Shown: piece after piece, positions 17,901-25,248 of the stretch
Position numbering within the stretch: position 1 is the stretch's first letter
Layout of the letters: each line of letters starts with the position of its first letter
Virus record (IMG/VR): IMGVR_UViG_3300025529_000035
Coordinates: 1-25,888 of that record
Source of the DNA: a virus
Taxonomy: Duplodnaviria; Caudoviricetes
DNA length: 25,888 nt
Reading direction: 5' to 3' (one strand)
Position numbers and translations under genes: made by a program
The notes under the pieces: model-generated
Databases searched by the model: none
Seen by the model: the letters and a program-made list of their open reading frames with translations, nothing else
Told to the model about the DNA's origin: nothing

Positions 17901-18108
17901 CGTCCGCACTCACCGCAAATCCCAGGATGGTTGCGGCCAATCTGCGGGCGCCCTCATGCTCATGCACCGCACAGGACGGGGAACCAGGCGGCATGACCTC
18001 CAGAAGCTGCCGCCGCAGCCACAGAACGGCCTTCTTGCCGTCCCCCGGGAACGGGCGATCCGTCAGTATCCGATGCCACGCCTGGGCCAGCTCTTGATCG
18101 GGGCTCAT
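17758..18108 (-). CDS. Small conserved-position phage protein (Bbp19-like)
   Basis: ATGA overlap with the portal stop; GKKAVLWLRR...EGARRL pattern; the 3' part overlaps the scaffold gene. Confidence 0.65.
   Translation of the reverse strand: MSPDQELAQAWHRILTDRPFPGDGKKAVLWLRRQLLEVMPPGSPSCAVHEHEGARRLAATILGFAVSADDDDSERRGHGDSGDDADDDLNLERLRQRYAREHGGGRARGVRRRVPA
17939..17973 (-). promoter_or_regulatory. Putative phage late promoter copy 5 (scaffold-capsid operon), embedded in a CDS
   Basis: TGTGCGGTGC (17973-17964), N19, CAGATT (17944-17939). Confidence 0.75.
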
Positions 18109-19664
18109 GCGACCTCCGTACCTGCCGGCATACCGCCGCCACCGCCCAGAACGGGCGCGAGCTGCTGCACCGCTCGCGCGATCTCTTCCTGCGAGCGCAG
18201 CACCACCACGCTGTCGCGCAGCTTCTCCTTGATGTTCTCCAGCGTCTTCGGCCCGTCGACGATCACCTCGGCCGTCTGCGGCAGGTAGGCCCTCGCCATC
18301 TCAAGAATGCGGCCGGCAATCTGCACGTCCTGGTGCTCCTGCGCCTGCTCGGTCGGGTCATAGGGCACGAGAGCGATTTCGTTGCCGTTGACCTTCACCG
18401 GCGCAATGGCGCCGCGCTGTTCGAGCAGGTACTTGAACCGCAGGAACACCTGCGCTGGAAACTCCTTCCAGAACACCTTGCCCGGCGTGCCGATGCGGCG
18501 CTTGGCCCGTGCTAGCTCGTCAAGCCACTGTTCCGCCGTCGGAGGCGTCTTGCCGACCTGTTGAGGGAAGTCGATGAAGTGCAGACGGCGGATGCGCGCC
18601 TCGATCTTCTGGAATGTGTACTCCGCGGTCATCGCATCCGAGCCGAAATCCATCGGCAGGAACGGCGCGCCCGAGCCCCACGGCCGCGCCGGATAGCCCA
18701 TGCCCGGCTCGATGCCGCCCGACAGGTTGATCACCCCGTCGTCGGCATAGAAGAATGGCTTGTGTATCTGGAAGTCGCGCGCCTCGATGTCGAGCTTTTC
18801 GAGCTCGTCGAGGCGGCGAAGCTCAGGAAGCGCCTGCAGCGTCGGGCCGTCGCCATACGGGAACGACTGGTCGACATTAATGCGCCCGACGATGAGCGGG
18901 CAGGAGCCCTCGCCGCGCAGCACGCCATCGTCGACAACCCTGTCGCCGATCATGATGACCCACTGCCACACGACATCCGAGGTGTCGTCCCACCGGCGCC
19001 AGAAGCCCCACCGCACCTGGCACGATCTGTTCGGGTCGTCCTTCACCTTCCGCCGAATGCCGTCAGGCAACCGCACCCCAGGCAGAAGCGCGGGAATGTG
19101 CCGGTACCGCGTCGAGCGGACGATGAAGCGGTCATCAACCTCGCCATAGGGCCCGACGTTGATCTCCAGCTCCCGTAACGGGACGTGCTGGCAGACGATG
19201 GGCTCGTTCGGCCGCAGGCTGTCTATCCAGAGCGCAACGGTGCCGAGCGATAGGTCAGGCATGAATGCCTGGGCCGCGGCGGCGTAGAAATTCGACGCCT
19301 TGATCGCGGCCATGATCTTCGCCGTCTGCTCGTCAATGTCGTCCTTAATGTCGTTGAACTCATCCTCCGACATCTCGATGCCGGGCTTCTGGTCGCACCA
19401 GTTGATCACCTCCGGCATGAAGGTGTTCAGCACCTCGGTGGCGAAGTCCTGGGCGACCTCCATGGCGAGCGAGGTATGCAGGAGGGAGGATTCGTCCTCG
19501 CGCGCCCTGTCAGGGTTCGTGATGACGTTCGACGAGACGTCCTTCGACCGGCGCGGCGCCGTGAAGAAATAGCCCTCGCGCAGATCAACTTCGATCTGCG
19601 ACTTGCAGGCGCGGGCGTCCTTGAGACGCTGCACCGCCTCCTTCTCGAGCGCGGTCGCCGCCAT
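18105..19664 (-). CDS. Portal (head-to-tail connector) protein
   Basis: 519 aa; DLSLGTVAL, YGDGPTLQALPELRRL and TPPTAEQW motifs of T7-type portals; synteny. Confidence 0.9.
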   Translation of the reverse strand: MAATALEKEAVQRLKDARACKSQIEVDLREGYFFTAPRRSKDVSSNVITNPDRAREDESSLLHTSLAMEVAQDFATEVLNTFMPEVINWCDQKPGIEMSEDEFNDIKDDIDEQTAKIMAAIKASNFYAAAAQAFMPDLSLGTVALWIDSLRPNEPIVCQHVPLRELEINVGPYGEVDDRFIVRSTRYRHIPALLPGVRLPDGIRRKVKDDPNRSCQVRWGFWRRWDDTSDVVWQWVIMIGDRVVDDGVLRGEGSCPLIVGRINVDQSFPYGDGPTLQALPELRRLDELEKLDIEARDFQIHKPFFYADDGVINLSGGIEPGMGYPARPWGSGAPFLPMDFGSDAMTAEYTFQKIEARIRRLHFIDFPQQVGKTPPTAEQWLDELARAKRRIGTPGKVFWKEFPAQVFLRFKYLLEQRGAIAPVKVNGNEIALVPYDPTEQAQEHQDVQIAGRILEMARAYLPQTAEVIVDGPKTLENIKEKLRDSVVVLRSQEEIARAVQQLAPVLGGGGGMPAGTEVA

Positions 19665-19670
19665 GGCCGA

Positions 19671-19889
19671 TCACCGTGCCGCCGTGGCGATGGACCGGGC
19701 GCCGAACGTCCGCAGGAGCCGGTTCGTGTCTCGGGCAAGCAGGGCCTGCATGGCGCCGGCCTGCGCCTCTTCCGCCTCGCGCCGCTGCCGTTCGATCTCG
19801 GCCCGCTGCTGAGCAAGCCGTTGCTCTTCCTGGATCTGCTGCGCGATCATCATGCGCCGCTGGGAGCTGCCGGAGAATGCGTTTCCCAT
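19671..19889 (-). CDS. Small coiled-coil protein upstream of the portal, 72 aa
   Basis: MGNAFSGSSQRR..; GGAGG RBS; start revised from the ORF track to fit the promoter. Confidence 0.7.
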   Translation of the reverse strand: MGNAFSGSSQRRMMIAQQIQEEQRLAQQRAEIERQRREAEEAQAGAMQALLARDTNRLLRTFGARSIATAAR

Positions 19890-19912
19890 GGGTCGGACCT
19901 CCATTCGGCCCG

Positions 19913-19947
19913 ACCCTCTCCCCGCGGCGCGAAGTCCGCACCGCACA
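19913..19947 (-). promoter_or_regulatory. Putative phage late promoter copy 6 (portal operon)
   Basis: TGTGCGGTGC (19947-19938), N19, GAGGGT (19918-19913); 48 nt to ATG 19889. Confidence 0.8.
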
Positions 19948-19951
19948 GGGC

Positions 19952-20368
19952 TCAGTCGACGAGCGCGCCACCCTGCCGCAGCAGCGCCCGATAGAGCCCG
20001 TCTGGCCGCAATGCCTGCGTCCGGCAACCGACGAGATGCGCAATCGCCGGCACGCACCAGAAACCCACGCGGAACCAGAACCGCCGACCATCGCGCGGCG
20101 AGAACGCCACCGTCACCGCGTGGTCGCGAATCCGGCTCATGTGCTCCCACGCCAGCGCGCCGTCGGTTATCACGGCGATCCGCGAGCGGCGAAGGCTCAC
20201 GTCGTAGAACACCCAGTGCCCGCTCTCCGGTATCCAGCCAGCTGCCGATACGTGCTTGAACCGGCCGAGCGCCAGCCACGACAGCCACCGCGACCGCGCC
20301 CGCGTCTCGAAGAACACGAACCACGTCGCCGGCTCGACGCCTGGGCTCTCGAACGCGCGATCCGCCAT
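19952..20368 (-). CDS. Hypothetical protein, possibly a permuted papain-like (NlpC/P60) fold, 138 aa
   Basis: Start MADRAFES with GGAGG RBS. His motif (GRFKHVSA) precedes Cys motif (FWCVPAIAHLVG) and a LRPDGLY tail. Confidence 0.6.
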   Translation of the reverse strand: MADRAFESPGVEPATWFVFFETRARSRWLSWLALGRFKHVSAAGWIPESGHWVFYDVSLRRSRIAVITDGALAWEHMSRIRDHAVTVAFSPRDGRRFWFRVGFWCVPAIAHLVGCRTQALRPDGLYRALLRQGGALVD

Positions 20369-20369
20369 G

Positions 20370-20624
20370 TCAGTCCTCCATGAAGAGCATCTTCGCGTGT
20401 TCGATGACGCCAACCGTGCGAACCGCTCCAGGCGACGATTGCCGGTAGCCGACCTCATCGCCGTTCGCGAACGCGACGAAAATCGTGTCGACCTGCCGCT
20501 CGCCGGCATCAATCTCCCGTAACAGCGACACGAGCACGTCGCGAGGCGTCCATTTCGAGCCGTCAAGCTCCCTGCTGGCCCGGATTTCGCCTATCGACAT
20601 CGGCGCCTTCGAGAAGTCGTCCAT
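20370..20624 (-). CDS. Hypothetical phage protein, 84 aa
   Basis: ATG overlaps the terL stop (TGATG); MDDFSKAPMSIGEIRA..WTPRDVLVSLLREID. Confidence 0.75.
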   Translation of the reverse strand: MDDFSKAPMSIGEIRASRELDGSKWTPRDVLVSLLREIDAGERQVDTIFVAFANGDEVGYRQSSPGAVRTVGVIEHAKMLFMED

Positions 20625-22228
20625 CACGACACCCGCCGCAGCGAGCGGGCCCCCCGATACCACTTCACCGGCTGGTTCGATCCGGCCTCCCCGGGCCGCG
20701 CTCGGCCCACCATCGCCCGGCCCTCGCCGGCGCCCAGCAGCAGGTATTGCAGCGCGTCCGCAATGTCCGAGTAGCGGTCCTTCACCGGCACCGTCCGCTG
20801 GTCGTCACCCTTCTTGAAGCGGTAGCCGCCGGCCATCGCCATCTTCAGCGTCACCACCGACGGCGACAGCAGGAACCGCGGCGCGCCGTCCCGCATCGTG
20901 TTCAGCGCGTACTCCACCACCTCAAGGCGCGTGGCGATGTCGTTCGTCGGCACCGGCGCCGGTCGCACGCTCATTCCGAACGACGCGAACACGTCGTAGG
21001 CCGTCACGTCCGACGCCTGCGTCTTGTCCTGCCCCTTCGGGTCGCCGTGCAGCCGCAGGCGTCCGTACCGGATAGCCTTCTCCACGGACTCCGTGTCCTC
21101 GCCGTCGAGAAGCCCTGGGCAATGCTGGTACAGCCACCGCCGAACGCGCGGCGCGAACACCGACGCGCCCTGATCGCTTCCGACGAGCTCGCCAATGATC
21201 TGCCAGCGGTCGTTGATGATCTGCCCGAACACCGCCGCCGGCCGCCGGCCAAAGTCCAGCCCCACCTCGACCGGCCAGTTCGCGTTGTACCGCAGCAGCT
21301 CTTTCGCGACGTGCGTCTCCTCGCGGAACATCGGCCACACGGCCTGCCCGTCAATCGGCGCCGTGATCCGGTTCATGATCGAGCTGTCGATCCAGCGTTT
21401 CGACTTGCCCTTGATCGTTTCCAGGTACAGCGGCCGGCCGCCGATCTTCGGGATCCATTTCAGGTTTTCGGCTTCCGGGTTCAGCTTGTAGTCGACAACC
21501 GTCTTCCCATCGGCGCCGAATACCTCAATCAGCCCCGGCGGCTGCACGAAATACTCCCAGCCCTCCGGCCACACCCATTCGGCCCGCTCTTCCTCCGGCA
21601 TGTCCTCGGGCAACGGCACCTCGCCCGTCAGCCGCGGCAGCCAGTGGTCCTCCGTCGGAGAGTTCAGGTCAGCGAACAGCCCCGACCACGTGGCCCCGCC
21701 ATCCTTCACGGCCGGGTAGTAGCCGATGCGCGACTCCGCCTCATCAAACACCTCCTTCGGAATGTACTGCAGCTCATTGATCCAGCCGCCCGTCCATTCC
21801 GTCGAGCGCAGCTTCGACACGTCCTCCGGCTTGTCGAGCGCCAGGAACACCACCTCCGCCAGCACGTCCCCCTTGCGCAGGTAATGCACCATCGGCTTCG
21901 ACCACGTGAAACGGCCGAAATCCCGCTCCGGAAACCAGTCCAGCCACGTCTTCACGGTCGAGCGCTGCAGCTCCGGATACGAATTGCGGATCACGAACCA
22001 CCGCGACCGCCGCAGCCCATCCGGACCCGGTGCCTGCTCGCACGCCCGCCGGTAAATCTCCAGGCAGCACGCCGACGAAGTGCCCGAGCGGATCGGCCCG
22101 CGGATGATCCGCACCCGCGCATTCGACAGCAGAAACCCACGCAGCACCTTCCCGTCGGGCTCGTAGATCGGCCGCCCGTCCGCATCGCGCTCAATCCGCG
22201 GCCGATCCTCGGCGTCAACGTCCGTCAT
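20624..22228 (-). CDS. terL: Terminase large subunit, 534 aa
   Basis: P-loop GPIRSGTS, RNSYPEL..TVKTW, Walker B GWINE, nuclease VGLDFGRRPAAV and SDIADALQY. Start revised to ATG 22228 (ATGA coupling). Confidence 0.93.
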   Translation of the reverse strand: MTDVDAEDRPRIERDADGRPIYEPDGKVLRGFLLSNARVRIIRGPIRSGTSSACCLEIYRRACEQAPGPDGLRRSRWFVIRNSYPELQRSTVKTWLDWFPERDFGRFTWSKPMVHYLRKGDVLAEVVFLALDKPEDVSKLRSTEWTGGWINELQYIPKEVFDEAESRIGYYPAVKDGGATWSGLFADLNSPTEDHWLPRLTGEVPLPEDMPEEERAEWVWPEGWEYFVQPPGLIEVFGADGKTVVDYKLNPEAENLKWIPKIGGRPLYLETIKGKSKRWIDSSIMNRITAPIDGQAVWPMFREETHVAKELLRYNANWPVEVGLDFGRRPAAVFGQIINDRWQIIGELVGSDQGASVFAPRVRRWLYQHCPGLLDGEDTESVEKAIRYGRLRLHGDPKGQDKTQASDVTAYDVFASFGMSVRPAPVPTNDIATRLEVVEYALNTMRDGAPRFLLSPSVVTLKMAMAGGYRFKKGDDQRTVPVKDRYSDIADALQYLLLGAGEGRAMVGRARPGEAGSNQPVKWYRGARSLRRVS

Positions 22229-22479
22229 ACCCGCACCCATCCCTCGGCGCCCTGCACGAACGTCCCTTCCGTCGTCTCGACCATCAGCTTCCCGCCAAAC
22301 ACCGTCGACGACCGAAGCTCGCCAGGCGGCATCGCACCACCCGCCACGCCAACACCCTCCTCGGGCCGCCACTCAGGCCACGGCTCGCCACGCGCCTCCG
22401 CCGCGCGAATGCGCTCCATGTGCGCACTCCACGCCTCCTCCTGCCGCTTTCGCCGCAGAACCTCCCGCGTCGTCGCCAT
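22225..22479 (-). CDS. Hypothetical phage protein, 84 aa
   Basis: GGAGG RBS before ATG 22479; stop coupled to the terL start. Confidence 0.65.
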   Translation of the reverse strand: MATTREVLRRKRQEEAWSAHMERIRAAEARGEPWPEWRPEEGVGVAGGAMPPGELRSSTVFGGKLMVETTEGTFVQGAEGWVRV

Positions 22480-22716
22480 CAGACCCTCCAACCCAGAATG
22501 TTCCGGGCCCAGAAATTCTCCAGACACCCCCCGGATGTTCCCCGCGGAAATCGTGTGGGGAGGGGAGGACGTCCAACTTTCGCGCGCGTTTTGCCCCCAC
22601 CCCCGCCCCGGCGCGCGCGTCCAGCGGCGAAGGGGGGCGGGGCCGGTCGCTGCACTGCACCATGGCGGCGCCCGAGCGCGCCCGAGCCGATGCCGTCGCC
22701 TCGCCGAGCACGTCGA

Positions 22717-22733
22717 GTTAACCGGCGCTTAAC
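22717..22733. promoter_or_regulatory. CtrA-binding consensus site
   Basis: GTTAACCGGCGCTTAAC matches TTAA-N7-TTAAC on both strands; intergenic, within very GC-rich DNA. Confidence 0.65.
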
Positions 22734-22744
22734 GCGAACCATCG

Positions 22745-23224
22745 TCATTCGTCGTGCTCGATCAAGGGCTTGCCGGAATCCGTTCCCGACAACCCGACCG
22801 AGCGCGGCCCCTCAGCCGGCCCGTCCAGGCGGATGACGTAGCCTGCAATGACGTTCTGGCCGCCGTTGATCGTGATGCCGCTGCCTTCCTCGGAGCCGTC
22901 GAGCGCGCGCGCGGCCTCCAGAGCGACCTTCATCGTCGCGGCCGTGGCACCCGGCTCGAGGCCGCGGTCTCGCACCGTCCGGCGCAGCAGGATGTTGCGG
23001 GCCCTCTCGCTCTCGGCGAGCACCTCAATCTCGCGCATGAACTGCCTGCGGACAGCCGGGTCGCGCATGATGAGGCGAGCGCGGTGGCGCCGGATGCCGA
23101 CCTTGTCGGCGGCGTCTTCGAGGCGTTCACCCTCGATCAGGAGGTTGAGGAGCTGGCGGACGCGCGGGATCGCCAGGAGCGTCTTGCCGGATGAGTTGAT
23201 CGGAGGGACCGCGGGCTTGCTCAT
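22745..23224 (-). CDS. Probable terminase small subunit, 159 aa
   Basis: N-terminal HTH-like LEDAADKVGIRRHRARLIM, helical core, C-terminal GYVIRLD strand; position upstream of terL. Start revised to ATG 23224 because GTG 23350 is inside the promoter motif. Confidence 0.7.
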   Translation of the reverse strand: MSKPAVPPINSSGKTLLAIPRVRQLLNLLIEGERLEDAADKVGIRRHRARLIMRDPAVRRQFMREIEVLAESERARNILLRRTVRDRGLEPGATAATMKVALEAARALDGSEEGSGITINGGQNVIAGYVIRLDGPAEGPRSVGLSGTDSGKPLIEHDE

Positions 23225-23321
23225 GGTGGAGAGGTTGGATCGCCTGCCTTCGCTTCCGCTCGGCTGGCTCGCTGGTCGCTCGCCACCGGCGAGAAGAACG
23301 CGCGTGGTTGGTCGCGCGAGG

Positions 23322-23356
23322 AGGATCGTTTTTTTCGGCTTCGGCGGCACCGCACA
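23322..23356 (-). promoter_or_regulatory. Putative phage late promoter copy 7 (terminase operon)
   Basis: TGTGCGGTGC (23356-23347), N19, GATCCT (23327-23322). Confidence 0.75.
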
Positions 23357-23487
23357 GGGCGATTTGCTTGCGCGTGCGGGGCCGTTTCTTTGTTATCTCA
23401 ATGCGTTATCGTTTCGCATCCGTTACGACATGCCGCTATGCGTCGTGCTTGACAAGTGCTGAGCAAGTCGTGCCTGGACGATTCCCG

Positions 23488-23497
23488 TGTGCGGTGC
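23488..23497 (+). promoter_or_regulatory. Motif copy 8, divergent, upstream of the GIY-YIG/T5orf172 gene
   Basis: Exact TGTGCGGTGC, 32 nt before ATG 23530; the nearest A-N3-T hexamer (GATCAT) is at N17 rather than N19. Confidence 0.55.
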
Positions 23498-23529
23498 GAA
23501 GAGTGTCTCGACCTGATCATCAATGCAGC

Positions 23530-24219
23530 ATGAAGAGCTACATTTACGTGATCAGCGCCACCGGCGGCCGAGTAAAGATCGGCTATTCCCACCGTCCGCA
23601 AGATCGCCTTTGCAATTTGAGGTCGTCTTCTCCGGTCGATCTTCATCTCGAATTCGTCGTTGCCGTCAGGAAGGCGCGCGATATTGAACAGATGATTCAC
23701 CGCGACCTTGATCATTGCCGAACGCATGGCGAGTGGTTTGAGATATCCGTCGAAGCCGCGATAGCAGCTGTTGAGGCCAGGGCTGGAAAGGGTCGCCGCC
23801 TTGACCCGAATGATCGTGGGCGGTTGTCACGCGAGGCGCATGAAGAGCGCCTTGCAGAGCTGGACGCCTATTGGGAACGCCTCCATGGCCCAGGCAAGCG
23901 GTTCCCAACGACATTCCCTCGCGACAAGCAGAAACGACGCTCTATCGCCGATCGAGCTTTTGCCGATTGGAAGAACCAGCAGCGTGCAGAACTCACACCC
24001 GGTGATTACCCACCATGGGGAGAGGGCCCGGCACGCACGTTCTCGCTGTCCTGCGCCTGCGGCCATTCCGGCGAGATCACGTCGCCGCCCGAACGGCTAT
24101 GGCGTCGGCCGTTGCGCTGCTCGAGCTGCGGCGGTCGCATCGAACTCCAACCCGAAGCGCTGTTCAGTCATCTGCCCGGCCGGAAAGCACCGCCTTGCGG
24201 CAGTTCTGCGTCGAGATGA
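23530..24219 (+). CDS. GIY-YIG superfamily (T5orf172/MUG113-like) protein with a C-terminal Zn ribbon, 229 aa
   Basis: YIYVI..VKIGYS..P..RL..L..SSP, E..IH..L...GEWF motifs; CACGH...CSSCG at the C-terminus. Start revised to ATG 23530. Confidence 0.8.
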   Translation: MKSYIYVISATGGRVKIGYSHRPQDRLCNLRSSSPVDLHLEFVVAVRKARDIEQMIHRDLDHCRTHGEWFEISVEAAIAAVEARAGKGRRLDPNDRGRLSREAHEERLAELDAYWERLHGPGKRFPTTFPRDKQKRRSIADRAFADWKNQQRAELTPGDYPPWGEGPARTFSLSCACGHSGEITSPPERLWRRPLRCSSCGGRIELQPEALFSHLPGRKAPPCGSSASR

Positions 24220-24356
24220 TGCGAAGCGAGCCCGAGCGCGCGGCCGACGTGGCGGAACGATGGTTCACAGTACGCGATTGAGTGTCGCGAAACTTGACCG
24301 AAGCCCCGCAGCGCCTATCATCAGGCCCGTCCCAAACCGTGGGAACGGGGGCTATC

Positions 24357-24569
24357 GTGACGGTTCTGGATGATGTGGAGCACCTGATCCGATCGCGCGC
24401 GCCAGAGGCAGTGTGCGATGATTGTGTCACCGAATTGCTCGAACTCACCATACGGCAGCACGCCAATCATAAGACGCGCCGGCTGGCCGAAGCTCCAATG
24501 TTCGACAGGCGGCCCGGTGAGTGCTCCGTTTGCAAGAAAACGAAACGCGTCATCCGATACGCACTCTGA
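24357..24569 (+). CDS. Small Zn-finger protein, about 70 aa
   Basis: CDDC...CSVC pairs; GTG 24357 preceded by GGGGG (alternative start 24282). Confidence 0.65.
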   Translation: MTVLDDVEHLIRSRAPEAVCDDCVTELLELTIRQHANHKTRRLAEAPMFDRRPGECSVCKKTKRVIRYAL

Positions 24570-24714
24570 CGAGCGCTTGCGACTGGCCGCTTATGCATGC
24601 CCGGGCGGCGGCTTCGAGGTTGGATCGCCTTCCCACACATGAGCCTCAACCAGACCGTCCTGCCCATAGAGGGCGACGTAGTGCATCGCCTCACGGAATC
24701 GCGTCCCGGGGCAG

Positions 24715-25248
24715 CTAGACTCCGACGGCGGCGGCGACGGTTTCCATCGGGAGGAAAAAGGTTCGCGTTCCTTCGGGAAATTGTTGAAAGCCATAGCTCG
24801 CATAAAAGGCCGCTGCTTCATCGTCGATTGCGTGCACCATCACGGCGCGACTACCGACAATCTTGCTGGCGTGGACGGCCCGCCCAAAGGCGTCTTTCAG
24901 AAGGGCCTTTCCGATTCCCATTCCCTGAAAGCGCTCGTCGACCGCTAACCTCGCAAGGAGGGTGGTGGGGACGAGGAGCGGAACGTTGCGACGTAGGCGT
25001 TTCGGAAGTTCATCAATCCGAACAGCGCCGTTGGCGAATGTATAATACCCTACAACAGTATTTCCCAAGCAAACAACATATGTCCGAGCGGTCTTCGCCT
25101 CTTGTTTGACCGCGTGGCGCCTCAGCCAATCATCTAGCGGCTCTTTTCCGCATCTAAACTCGTGCAATCCATGTTCCTGGCTCAAAGGCGCGGGGGGCAT
25201 GATAGCCGACCGCGCCTTTGAGCTTCCGATAGGCGTTATCGTTCCCAT
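24715..25248 (-). CDS. GNAT acetyltransferase toxin (AtaT/TacT/KacT family)
   Basis: FRCGKEPLDDWL, VVGYYT, LLARLAVDERFQGMGIGKALL (acetyl-CoA motif), FYASYGF; overlaps the antitoxin stop by 13 nt. Confidence 0.92.
   Translation of the reverse strand: MGTITPIGSSKARSAIMPPAPLSQEHGLHEFRCGKEPLDDWLRRHAVKQEAKTARTYVVCLGNTVVGYYTFANGAVRIDELPKRLRRNVPLLVPTTLLARLAVDERFQGMGIGKALLKDAFGRAVHASKIVGSRAVMVHAIDDEAAAFYASYGFQQFPEGTRTFFLPMETVAAAVGV

Noticed and set aside
22652-22661. GGTGCAGTGC (minus strand), a near-copy of the promoter motif
   Set aside because: Two mismatches and no A at +21 / T at +25.
4924-22732. Long plus-strand ORFs (4924-7005, 8643-10733, 12614-13681, 15401-17149, 20747-22732)
   Set aside because: Antisense shadows of real minus-strand phage genes, expected in high-GC DNA; no recognisable motifs.
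12275-23350. ORF-track upstream starts at 12334, 15240, 20324, 20566, 20663, 22372 and 23350
   Set aside because: They begin inside the promoter motif (its GTG triplets) or overlap neighbouring genes; downstream ATGs have better RBS or translational coupling.
1-23356. Gene transfer agent rather than prophage
   Set aside because: Podoviral architecture does not match RcGTA-type clusters, and IS damage plus accessory cargo fit a prophage; domestication cannot be excluded without flanking sequence.
23449-23454. TTGACA upstream of the GIY-YIG gene as a sigma70 -35 box
   Set aside because: No plausible -10 element at 16-18 nt spacing.
138-23497. CRISPR array, REP or DNA-uptake/Chi interpretation of the repeated 10-mer
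   Set aside because: Copies are dispersed, non-palindromic and positioned at a fixed distance from a -10-like element and start codons, which fits promoters.
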